A DNA stretch of 64,000 bases from Octopus vulgaris (Eukaryota), in the NCBI GenBank assembly GCA_951406725.2, contig OX597817.1, positions 114,204,001 through 114,268,000 on the forward strand. Reading direction: 5' to 3'. The notes under the pieces are model-generated. The model had not been told where the DNA came from. It did no database searches and saw only the letters and a list, made by a program, of their open reading frames with translations. Of the stretch, positions 14,160 through 25,362 are shown piece by piece; the stretch's first letter is position 1, and every line of letters starts with the position of its first letter. A program made the translations under genes and the position numbers.

Positions 14160-14475
14160 AAAATTGGAATGGTCATGACTGGCTTCCGTGCCGGTGGCAC
14201 ATAGAAAGCACCATCCGAACGTGGCCGGTGGCACGTAAAAAGCACCAATCCGATCGTGGCCGTTGCCAGCCTTGACTGGCACCTGTGCCGGTGGCACGTA
14301 AAAAGCACCCACTACACTCTCGGAGTGGTTGGTATTAGGAAGGGCATCCAACTGTAGAAACACTGCCAGATCAGACTGGAGCCTGGTGCAGCCTTCTGGC
14401 TTCCCAGATCCCCAGTCGAACCGTCCAACCCATGCTAGCATGGAGAACGGACGTTAAACAATGATGATGATGATG
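14160..14475 (+). mobile_element. SINE 3' portion with GGTGGCACGTAAAAAGCACC subrepeats and (GAT)n tail
   Basis: Same tail as the tandem arrays; three GGTGGCAC subrepeats. Confidence 0.75.
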
Positions 14476-14494
14476 GCTGCTCTAACTTTGATAG

Positions 14495-15016
14495 TACAGG
14501 CTGTTCAGGCTATATTTTTCATTTGGGGGAATTAGGAGGCCAAAAATTGGGGCTGGCAAAGTCATAGAAGTTCTCAAGCAACCACTTTTGACTTTTTTCC
14601 AGAGATATGACAAGGAGCTGAATCCTGCTACCACACAGAGATTGACCAGTCTCCAGCAACTTCACATAGCCATATGAATTGAGCCTAAGGCCCTAATCAT
14701 CAGTTGTTGGATGTATCCTGGTGTATGGATGCAGTTAGAATGCCTGCTACGTCCATGGCTTCACAGACTCTGTTGCAGCTGTCCATGTCCTGTCTTACAA
14801 CCTTTACAGCCTTCACAGAGCATTGAGCAGCAGTCATGATGTTGGCATTTTGATACCCAGCATGAATCTAATGGTTCAGCTAAGTCCTAACTCTATGTCA
14901 GCTAGCTTTTTCTCAAAGGCAGTTTTAATCTTTATCCTCTCCAACATCATTACATCAAGCTGTTCCTGAAAAAAAGGAAACAAAAAAATCCTCAAATTTA
15001 TCTTGAGCACCCTGTA
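14495..15016 (-). mobile_element. Deleted Tc1/mariner-superfamily element
   Basis: TA-CAGG...CCTG-TA termini; the internal sequence is the reverse complement of parts of 60307-61547. Confidence 0.65.
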
Positions 15017-15357
15017 GGTCTGCCCGATCACAGCTGCTCTAAGGTTAAGCAACAACAGCATATACAACAACAATAACATTAACATCACCACAAACAACGC
15101 ATCATCACCAAGTTGCTGTTATTTGAAATAAATAATAAATGGATACAGATGAATATTTTATTGAATACAGACGTAAATAATAAAATAGAAAAATATTGGG
15201 TCTTATCTACAAAATGACATATGAGAAAAAGACATGATATCAAGGGAAGTTATGCAAAGTGAGAGGTGGTAAAAAAAGCCATTGTATGCTGGTGTGAGTA
15301 GTGTGATAGATATACGATGTGGGAGGATGTTAAATGTAGAGTAGGGTTTGATAAAGT

Positions 15358-15778
15358 TAATTAAGGTGGCGAGCTGGCAGAAACGTTTGCATGCCAGGCG
15401 AATTGCTTAGCGGTATTTCATCTGCCGTTACGTTCTGAGTTCAAATTCTGCCGAGGTCGACTTTGCCTTTCATCCTTTCGGGATCGATAAATTAAGTACC
15501 AGTTACACACTGGGGTCGATGTAATCGACTTAATACCTATGCCTGTCCTTGTTTGTCCCCTCTGTGTTTAGCCCCTTGTGGGTAGTAAAGAAATAGGTAT
15601 TTCGTTTGCGTTACGTTCTGAGTTCAAATTCTGCCGAGGTCGACTTTGCCTTTCATCCTTCCGGGGTTGATAAAATAAGTACCAGTTACGCTTTGGGGTC
15701 GATGTAATTGACTTGATCCCTTTGTCTGTCCTTGTTTGTCCCCTCTATGTTTAGCCCCTTGTGGGCAATAAAGAAATA
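15358..15778 (+). mobile_element. tRNA-derived SINE family B with duplicated body and 15-bp TSD
   Basis: Head GGCGAGCTGGCAGAA...GAGTTCAAATTC; domain GACTTTGCCTTTCATCCTTTCGGG...GATAAA...GTACCAG present twice; TSD AGGGTTTGATAAAGT at 15343-15357 and 15779-15793. Confidence 0.85.
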
Positions 15779-16437
15779 AGGGTTTGATAAAGTAATAGTA
15801 AAATACAAAGATCAGTTGAAATGGGGAAGGCCACATTGGTGAGATAGGAAATAAGAGTGAAATTCGGGCATGGATGTGTGGAAGGAACAGACAAAGGGAT
15901 ATTTACACATTAATGTGACTGAAGAAGGACAAGCGTCCAAAACATTAAAACTTTTCTTCTTTATTTGAACCATTTTTATTTCTGCTATCGCAGAACATCA
16001 TCAGTTTCCTTGGATTTTACCATTTTACTACTCTAAATATAATCAATTACTTGATCTTATGTGATCAGTAGGTGATTAGTTCAGCTGATATTACCCCACC
16101 CAGCCACACAAAAAAATAAAAACTCCACCTACAGCTTAGGTAATGAAAACAATATGACTTGTTCTGAAATACATATATAAACACATCCACACACACACGT
16201 CTTCTCTCTTATATAGAGACAAAGAGAAAAATAATCTATCCCCCATACATACACAATAAATAGTTGATTGCTTGATCTTACCTAGTCAGAGTTATCTATC
16301 AGTAGGTGGTCAGTCTCACTGACCTTTTCCTCAGAAAATCCCCTGCTGCCTATTTCTGACATCTAGGAGAACTGAGGCAGAATACAATAAAGTATTTTGC
16401 CTAGAAACACACTCACAGACAGACAGACAGACAGACA

Positions 16438-16486
<49 letters not shown>

Positions 16487-17399
16487 CACAAATACTTGCA
16501 AGCACACACAAGCACATACTTGCACATGCACTCTTACACATACACACACACACCAAATATTATGAATCCAGATGTGTGTAAGTGGGTTATGTGTTTATGT
16601 ATGTGTGTTCTGTTCAGAAACAGAAAGATGAAAAGAGAGAAAGATTGAAGGCAGAGAGAGATAGAGAGAGATAGAGATAGAGAGAGAGAACAGATGCTGT
16701 AGACACCACAGTATTCAAACTATAAAATGGACAGAGCAGAAGACAAAACAGATCACATGACCAGAAGACAAGAGAAGGAAAATTCAGCAAGTTTGTTTCT
16801 TTTGTCTGATGCTTGGTTTTTATGGCACTTCATAATTTTAGTAGAGTTGTGGCAAACATCGAACAAATTTAAGAAAAAAAAATTATTATAGTTGGGAAAT
16901 AAAATGAGAAACGGGGCATAAATTAAATATTTATTTATTCCGCACACATGTACAATGATAACTCGAGAGTCAGTAGCTTGACTTTCTATGATCATTTATT
17001 GCTATCAATGGAAGATTGACCTAACTGACAACTCCAGAGAAAAATTCATCTGGAACATATTTGTTTTTGTTGTTGTTGCTGTTTAGCCCATGGTTAGCCC
17101 TGATTGATCAGAACTATGACTCAAAAGTCTTTCAGCTGTGATTATCCTGTTTTTCTTTTTTCTTATGCATATTTAGGTCTACCTCTTCAATGGACTTTTC
17201 ATTTTAAAACTCTAGCAAATGAAAGCAGCAAATTGGCAAAGCTGTTAGAGTGTTGGACAAAGTGTCCTTTGGTGTTTGTTCTGACTCTTTATGGTTTGAG
17301 TTCAGATCTGCCGAAGCTAACTTTGCTTTTTGTCTTTCTGTAGTTGATAAAATAAAATACAAGTGCAGAGCAGTGGACTGACAAAATTGTTAGTGCAGG

Positions 17400-17631
17400 C
17401 GGTGAGCTGGCAGAATCGTTAGCATGCCGGGCGAAATGCTTAGTGGTGTTTCGTCTGCCACCACATTCTGAGTTCAAATTCCATCGAGGTCGACTTTGCC
17501 TTTCATCGTTTCAGGGTCGATTAAATAAGTACCAGTTACGTACTGGGGTTCAATATAATCAACTTAATCCATTTGTGTGTCCTTGTTTGTCCCCTCTGTG
17601 TGTAGCCCCTTGTGGGCAGTAAAGAAATAAG
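17400..17631 (+). mobile_element. SINE family B monomer with 15-bp TSD
   Basis: TSD AATTGTTAGTGCAGG at 17385-17399 and 17632-17646. Confidence 0.85.
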
Positions 17632-20510
17632 AATTGTTAGTGCAGGACAAATGTTTTACAGTATTTGTTCTGACTCTTTGTAGTCTGAATGCCCTGGCTA
17701 ATATGGTAAACTTGTCTATATCTGGCTAACAGTATTGTTGTCATCGTCATCATTGTCAGCATCATCATCATCATCACCATCCTTATCATTTAATGTTTGT
17801 TTCCATGCTGGCATGGGTTAGATAGTTTGACTGGAGCTGGTAAGCCAGAGAGGTGCACCAGGCTCCAGTCTATTTTGGCTTGGCTTCTACAACCGGATGC
17901 CCCTCCTAACATCAGCCATTCTACAGAGTGTACTGGGTGTCTTTTACAGTGTCACCAGCACAGGTGCCTTTAACATGCATCTTTTATGTGTCACTGGCAC
18001 AGGTGCTTTTCCTATGTCACTGACACTGGCCACAACCACAATATCACTTAGCTTAACATGTTGTCTTGTAAAAAAACAACAAAAAACTCAAAAGAAGGCA
18101 ATAAGAACCTATCTTTATGCTCATGAACACTCCTTGACAAATACATGGTGTTTGTCAAAGGAATCATTCAAAGCCATATATGACCTGACTGTGTAGAAAA
18201 AAGTGATGAGCAGAGTGGATTTACTTTGGCTGTAATTTCTGGCAGGTCAAGTAAGCATATAGGAGCTCTCTCATCAGTTCACTAAGGAACTATTTTTGAA
18301 AGCTAATTAAACTGTTTCCTTATTGTATCATATAATCAGGGAAGGGAGGAAAATAGAACCCTTGCCTTTTTATTTTTTCAAGGACTCGTGGAAGGAAAGG
18401 AAGAAGATATTCTCAAGCTGAAGATCTCACCTTCATGCTTGCATTGAAGTGAACTCTGCTAAAGACCCCCAAATGACCTGGTGGTGGTGGTGTTAACTGG
18501 GTAAAGGATCAAATCTCACCCAAAAGCTCAGAATGCAAAGAGCCTAAACAGTTTACAAGTAAGGCACTTCAACAAAAACTCTAATGATCTTTGCATCCAC
18601 TGTCTTGGGCAGATATTTTCTTTTAACAATTCCGAAAGAATCAAAAGTAAAATAGACCTTGGTGAGATTTGAACTCAGAGCACAGAGTACACACAGCAAC
18701 AGAATGAATACTACAAGGTATTTTTTTATTTCTGCTCTGATGCCTCTCTTAATTTGTCATTTGCTAGATGAACAATAATGCATAAAATATTGTTTCTGCT
18801 TGAAAATTAAAATGAAATAATGAAATAAATACTGGCACTGACCTTGAACTTATGATCTGCAGGGATATAATTCAGTATCTTAGAGCAGTCACCACTTTAC
18901 TCCATTCTCATTTATGCACATTTGCAGAAGCATGTGCATCCCTTCAATACTCATGCATACATGCACACATGCACACACAATCAGTGACATGCATACACAC
19001 AATCAGTGATATGCATACACATACTCCACTTGAATGCACATGCATGCACGCACACATTCATGTACTTGTACACATGTACACAGACGTGTGTGTGTGTGCA
19101 TGCACCCACACCCACACACACACACACGCACACACACACCTCACCCTCTTCACAGAGCTAACTAGAAGAACAACACACTTGGCTATTTCGTTTCTACATT
19201 GTTTGAATTTAAATGAATTCATTTCCTTCATTTTCAATGGAGCCCACATTTTGTTTTATATCATTACATTTTTTAAACCTTCTGATTTTAATCATTCTTC
19301 TCATTAGCTGTGTGTGTGTGTATGTGCCATACGACATGGCAGTGTTAGTATTAGTATATATAATTAGCTCTCTGAGTATCCTTATGGATGTGGGTGGTGG
19401 TATAGCGTTTCTTGGTGATAGTTACAAAACCACCTTCACCCCAACCATATTCATCTATCATTATGTGGTCCAGATGTAATAATCAACTTTAGTGATGTTT
19501 GCCTGTTGCTTTTTTATTCCCTGTTTTTCTTTCTTTTTTTTTCTTGGTGTCTTGTATAATTTCTGGCTTAGCAAGCAATCATATTACTGAATTATGGAAC
19601 TCAGTTGTGCGAGGTCTGTTTTAAACAGTAACATTATCGGGGTCAGTTGAGTATAAGAAGCCTGTTTCATATGTTCATATATTTTTGCCCAATTACTTAA
19701 TCACATAACTGATTTTGCGTTGTGAAAATTTAATCTAGTTAATATAAACATCAACAACACAAATTTTTGTGACTTGAATTTTTATGATTAACTGTTTTTC
19801 TTTTTTATTTTTTGGTAATTTTATTTCATTTCATTTTGCAGTTTTTTTCTTAAAAAATAATTTTTTCATTTCCAATAGAATTTAATAATTTCGATAGACT
19901 GGTGCAAACAGAGTCAAAAAAACAAAAAAGAAAACAAAACAAAAAAGGAGAATAAAAAATTTAAAAGGATCTGAAAATATGACAAAAAATGAAAATTTGT
20001 AGAAGAATGAAAGGCTTCAAAAAAAGAAAAATGAAAAGAAAAAAGAAAGAAAACAGAAGAAAACAAGACAAAAGAAAGAGAAAATGTTTTTAAATTGTTT
20101 TCTTCATTTTATTGGAGAATAAATAAATATATTGGCAATAGTTCTGAAGAAAATTTTCTGTCACAATTTATTTCTCTTTTACACAAACATTCAAGCACAT
20201 GTCACATACACACACACATACATATGTGTATGCAAGTACCTAAGTATAAACAGGAAGGAGTAAAAAAAGAGTACTCACTATTAAAATTAAAGAGAAATAT
20301 CAGGTTTACTGAAAATGGAAAACTTCACAAATCATTACTCCGAGTTTCATGCTTCTGATTTTTGCATGAAAATGTGTGTATGTGCATGTGTGTGTGTGTA
20401 TGTTTGTATAGATAAATGGCTTTATGCTCTTGTTTGATGGAGCTGGGGTCATTCCAAGTTAGTGGTCTCAGAGGTATCACCAGGCATAAATAAATATATA
20501 TATATATATA

Positions 20511-20792
20511 AATATTTGAGTAATTGAATGAATTACCTTATTAAGGATAATTCAAAAGATAACCGATACCTGGATAGCAAATTCACATCAGAAAGAACAC
20601 GATTGAAGCTACGTCGCTGGTGCATAGACTTTGTGTCTTCGTGCGGAGATTTGAATGTTTATTTTAAAATTATAAGTATATGAAAGAATGCATAATGTAC
20701 ATAATGCATAATATGCAGCCTTCGAAACATATGTCGAGAATAAAGGATATTTGTTAACTAGTCGTTCAACTCCATTCTTTCATATACTTATA
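20511..20792. mobile_element. Miniature PLE insertion: extension, 20-bp inverted repeat and 3' half of a hammerhead
   Basis: TATAAGTATATGAAAGAATG (20671-20690) is the exact reverse complement of 20773-20792. CCTTC-GAAAC-ATAT-GTC at 20719-20735. AACCGATACCT and CGTTCA(A/G)CTCCATT are shared with the 42660-44434 element. Confidence 0.7.
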
Positions 20793-20800
20793 TATATATA

Positions 20801-21184
20801 AAGTAATGTTTGTCATCTCTTCAACATGGCTGTTCCGTTTGAATGGACATTACTGCAATTTTTTAACTCCAAGAGGACATTTACTCTAGCTGGTTAATGA
20901 TGCATGCCTGTATATATTGCAAGCAGGGGAGCAAAGCCCTACCACTTTCTAGTGACAGGAGCAGTAGACCAGCTGGTTTTGGGTTAATTTCTGCCTTGCA
21001 ATATTTCAAATGCAAGTGTACATCATTAACCAGCTAGAGGAAATGTCCCCTTGGGGTTAAATAGTCACAGTAATGTCTGTTTGAACAGAACAGCCATGTT
21101 GAAGTGGTGACAAGCATTACTTGCCAGTACAACTACTGTGTTCATCTCTTACAGAGATTTTAGCACTAGCTTATTTGCTTAATT
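20801..21184. mobile_element. Diverged fold-back element (arms ~20801-20926 and ~20991-21122) with a one-sided extension, inside (TA)n; probably PLE-derived
   Basis: AAGTAATGTTTGTCA...TTCAACATGGCTGTTC pairs with GAACAGCCATGTTGAA...TGACAAGCATTACTT, and CTCTAGCTGGTTAATGATG pairs with CATCATTAACCAGCTAGAG. Confidence 0.7.
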
Positions 21185-22160
21185 ATATATATATATATGT
21201 GTATGTGTGTGTGTATGTATGTGTATGCACAAATATATGCACATATATATAGATGGATAGCTTTGGTGTATATACTTGTATATACATACCAACACACACA
21301 CACTTCCCATCAAATTTGATGATGATTGTAGCAGCTCAAAAAGAAAAGGAAAAGAAAGTCAAAAACAAAAGCTTTAAATTAATATATAAAAGTGCTCAAT
21401 AAAGGCAAATGCGAAGAAAGAAACAGAAGAGTATTGATCATTTATGGGTTTTTCTGTAACCAAGAAGGCTCATTTGCCATTTGCCATTAAGCTCCTACGG
21501 ATGTTCACTTGTTGGGGTTGTTAAGGTGTGATTTGCAGAATTAATGTGTGTGTGTGTGTGGTTTGATTTAGAAGTTTCTTTCGCACATAAATGATAGCCA
21601 TGGGTGTCTGGTATGAAACTTAGTTCACACCCACATTGGTTTTGGGTTTAGTCTCATTGCTTCTTGGGCAAGTGTCTTCTACTACAGCCCAGGGCTGACC
21701 AAATCCTTGTGAGTGGATTTGGTAGATGGAAACTGAAAGAAGCCTGTTATATATATATATGTGAGTGTGTGTGTGTGTGTGTATGTGTATATATATATAT
21801 ATATATACACATATCATCATCATCATTTAATGTCTACGTTCCATGGTGGCATGGGTTCTACAGTTTGACATGGAGCTGGCTAGCAAAAGTGTCCAAACTC
21901 CAATTGTCTGTTGTGGCATGGTTTCTACGGCTGGATGCCCTTCCTAATGCCAACCACTTAAGAGTGTACAGGGTGCTTTTTATGTGGCACTGGTTCCTGA
22001 AAGGACAAGCCTGTATGTGTGGAAGACAGTGATTTTACTGAGCTCGACATGTCTGACTCAAGGGCTGAGAGCTTCATGTGTTAGCACTTATTAAACTTTG
22101 AAACTCTTGCCCCTTGAGTCACTCTTGGCCCTTGAGTCATTCTGTTTCTTCTGCTAAATA

Positions 22161-22662
22161 TTGGGTTGTCCGGAAAGTTTGTGCCGATTTATAGTAGCTT
22201 ATCTTTTGACTTATTTTAGAACATGGTTGAGTCCATAAAATAGGATTTGACTACACCTCCATTTAGAGCACAGTTTAAGCTATTTTTTTTTGTGGAAGAA
22301 GGTTTATGTTCCTATAACCTGTGTTAATTCTGTAACCCTTTAAAATGGAAGATAAGAAAGTTCATTTTTGGCATATTCACCAGATATTGCTTCTTCGGAT
22401 TTTCACTTATTCAGGTCTTTGCAGAATAGTCTTAATGGTAAAAATTTCGATTCCTTGGATGACGTAAAAAGCTACCTTGATGAATTCTTTGCCATGAAAC
22501 CACCTCAATTCTGGGAAGTGGGTATTTTCAAGTTAAAGGAAAGGTGGTGATGCATTGTGCAACAAAGTGTTTCATATTTGGTTGATTAAAAATGTAATGG
22601 CAAGTATTTATTGACCTTTTTCTTTCCTTAAAAAATCGGCATGAACTTTCCGGGCAACCCAA
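22161..22662 (+). mobile_element. Internally deleted mariner transposon
   Basis: TA TSD; TIRs TTGGGTTGTCCGGAAAGTT / AACTTTCCGGGCAACCCAA. The transposase N-terminus (MEDKKVHF) is fused to the C-terminal YSPDIASSDFHLFRSLQNSL (mariner YSPDLAPSD motif). Confidence 0.9.
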
Positions 22663-23204
22663 TATTAATTAAAATATACATACACTCATATTTTGAGTTC
22701 TATTTTTCCTGTTTGCACCACCATACCTCTCGATATACAATAGCCATTCTTCAAGTGCTCTGTTATTTCCAGCAATGGCTCTGACAAAGATATCATTAAT
22801 TTTCTTAGGTCTTTCAATTTGCCTCATTTGATCAATAGACCAATTGAGTAAACCAATCTATAATGACTACTGGAAATACTGTCAGCGAAATTTGCTTCAA
22901 TAAAGGAATTATATGTAATGACTATTATTTTAACTTGTCTATTATATATCACTTTGTAAAAACCAGTTTATCTGAAGCCCATCCACAGATTTACAATATA
23001 GAATTGTTACAAAGTATTTTGCCCAAATTGATAATCTCTCACTATTTGTTATATTTATGTATATGCAGTGCATTCCTGAAGTTTTGAGATTTTTTCAGGA
23101 ATGAATTTATTAATCCCAAAGAAGTTCAAAATTCTAATCTTTTTCAATGTAGAACCCTGATTTCTTTTTTATGTTTGCTCTCTCTCTCTCTCTCCCTTTC
23201 TCTC

Positions 23205-23262
<58 letters not shown>

Positions 23263-24423
23263 GGGATGGTGGATCTCAAACCCAATAAAGCTATAGATGT
23301 AAATATTGGGTTAAGAAATGCTTTGGATAGAAAAATTTGAACGGTGCCTGTCATGTTTACTACTGATGTGTGTTCAAGTCCCACAGGTGGCCTTCTACTT
23401 TTTTTTTTTTCTATCCAAAGATCCTTTTAATTCAATATTTACATGCTATTATTTATGGCAATATTTAAGGCAGCAAGCTGATAGAATCGTTAGCATGTCG
23501 GGCAAAATGCTTTGAATTTTCATCTGAGTTCATCCATCTCTACATTCTCAATTCTAATTCCATCGAGGTTGACTTTGCCTTTCATCATTCGATGGGGGGT
23601 GGGGGATCACTAAAATAATTACCAGTTAAATACAGGGGTTGATATAGTTGATTTACCCCCTCCCCTGAAATTGTTCTCTTTGTGCTAAAATTTGAAACCA
23701 TTATTTACAACATTATTTACTTTGAGATCTGTTGTTCTAAAACAAAAATTATTTCACATTCTCTCAAATTGGCTGTTTGGTTAAGAAGCTTGCTTCCCAA
23801 CTAAGTAGTCTTTGGTTCAGTCCCACTGTGTGAAACCTTGGACAAGTGTCTTTGACATTGGCCCCTGGCCACCAAAGAATTACAAGTGAATTTGGTTGAT
23901 GGAAAGCGAAAGATGCCTGGTTTTTCTTTATATATACGTAGGTATTTATATATATATATGTGTGTGCTTGTGTACTTGTGTGTACCCTTGTCTAGACATC
24001 ATGTAATGGTTATAAATAAACATCATCATCATCATCATCATCATACAAAGTTGTACATTTCTAGTCTTTTGCAAAAAAGCATGTCTAGCTATGGAGAAAT
24101 ATGACTTTACATGGAAACAGGTGAGTGTTGGCAACAGGAAGGGCATCCAGCTATAGGAAATCTGACCTCTGCAAGCATGGAAATGTGGGTTTTAAAATGA
24201 TGTTGATGATGGTATATATATATATATATATGCACATACACATACATACACACATCATACATACATACATACATACATACATACATACATTCATATATAT
24301 ATATATATATATATATATAATTCAGGGTGAATACTTGATAATTGTAAGCACCTATATATGCCAGTTAGTGGTGTAGGTGATAGGGTATATTTATCAAAAG
24401 AAAAACAGGATGCAAAGGATTTA

Positions 24424-24510
24424 GCGGTACATATGTTTCTGGCTTTATTGGACAATTTATATCAATGCATAATTGATGTAACATGTATGTCAATAGCCTT
24501 CTTCAGCTGC
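24424..24510 (-). ncRNA. Antisense copy of the same hammerhead motif (one stem I mismatch)
   Basis: The reverse complement reads GCAG-CTGAAGA-AGGCT...AGCCA-GAAAC-ATAT-GTA-CCGC. Confidence 0.7.
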
Positions 24511-24568
24511 GCACAATTACCACACCAAAGACATAATGTAATACATGTCTTTGGTGTGGTAATTGTGC

Positions 24569-24655
24569 GCGGCTGAAGAAGGCTATTGACATACATGTTA
24601 CATCAATTCTGCATTGATATAAACTGTCCAATAAAGCCAGAAACATATGTACCGC
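24569..24655 (+). ncRNA. Type I hammerhead ribozyme motif
   Basis: GCGG-CTGAAGA-A-GGCT-ATTG...CAAT-AA-AGCC-A-GAAAC-ATAT-GTA-CCGC: stem I GCGG/CCGC, palindromic stem III ACATATGT, predicted cleavage after 24651. Confidence 0.8.
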
Positions 24656-24688
24656 TAAATCCTTTGCATCCTGTTTTTCTTTTGATAA

Positions 24689-24724
<36 letters not shown>

Positions 24725-24824
24725 GTCACAAAATTGACTGGTACTGACTAGCATTGCTTTTGCTAAAAATTAGAGTTAAAACAACTTCAAAGCTACAAAA
24801 GGGAGGTAAGTCCCCAGCATACAT

Positions 24825-24880
24825 AGTCGGATCGCGATTTCGGATTTTGATGTCAACCATCTTAATCCTCATCAGTGACT
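24825..24880 (-). ncRNA. Type I hammerhead ribozyme motif of a different PLE family
   Basis: Minus strand AGTCA-CTGATGA-GGATT-aa-GATG-gttga-CATC-aa-AATCC-GAAA-TCGCG-ATC-CGACT: palindromic stem III ATCGCGAT, AUC triplet, stem I with an A-C mismatch next to the core. Confidence 0.75.
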
Positions 24881-25111
24881 CTTAATGCCTAGGGTTAAAC
24901 TCACCTACCTCTGTCAGTCTTATAAGAAAATCCATTGAAGACATGTACTGATTTTCAAAATGGTGAAAGTGTAAACAACAAATTAAAAGGGTGGCTTATT
25001 AGCAATTAGAATCTTATTTTCAGGAAAAGTAGTGCTAGTCAGTACCATCTGTCACTTTTATGACCTCTTGCCTTTAGGTTCTAACTGCTAATAAGCCACC
25101 ATTTTAATTTG

Positions 25112-25157
<46 letters not shown>

Positions 25158-25192
25158 GTATATGTAATATGTGACAATTATTTAGTAGCCAT

Positions 25193-25253
25193 GATAAAAC
25201 TCCGAGTTCCAGATGCCGAGGTGGAAATCCACGCTACCATCTCTTCAGTTATC
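25193..25253 (-). ncRNA. Degenerate hammerhead motif (GAAA altered)
   Basis: Minus strand GATAA-CTGAAGA-GATG...CATC-T-GGAAC-TCGGA-GTT-TTATC; 5-bp stem I GATAA/TTATC. Confidence 0.5.
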
Positions 25254-25326
25254 CGGTAATTTTTTAAAATTCCTCTATTTACATAATATCAAGGTCTCTT
25301 TCTTTCTTTTGTTGCCTTACCATTTG

Positions 25327-25362
<36 letters not shown>

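Larger units (their letters stand above)
24386..24693. repeat. Near-perfect 149-bp-arm inverted repeat (PLE inverted pLTR pair), 10-nt spacer
   Basis: Arms 24386-24534 and 24545-24693 with 3 mismatches by eye; unpaired extension at 24318-24385; flanked by (TA)n. Confidence 0.92.

Noticed and set aside
14876-15097. Apparent exon with a polypyrimidine-AG acceptor (EQLDVMMLERIKIK...)
   Set aside because: It lies inside a Tc1/mariner remnant homologous to 60340-60450.
24386-24693. Pre-miRNA or DNA-transposon MITE interpretation of the hairpin
   Set aside because: The stem is too long and perfect for a miRNA and there is no discernible TSD; the hammerhead and one-sided extension fit a PLE.
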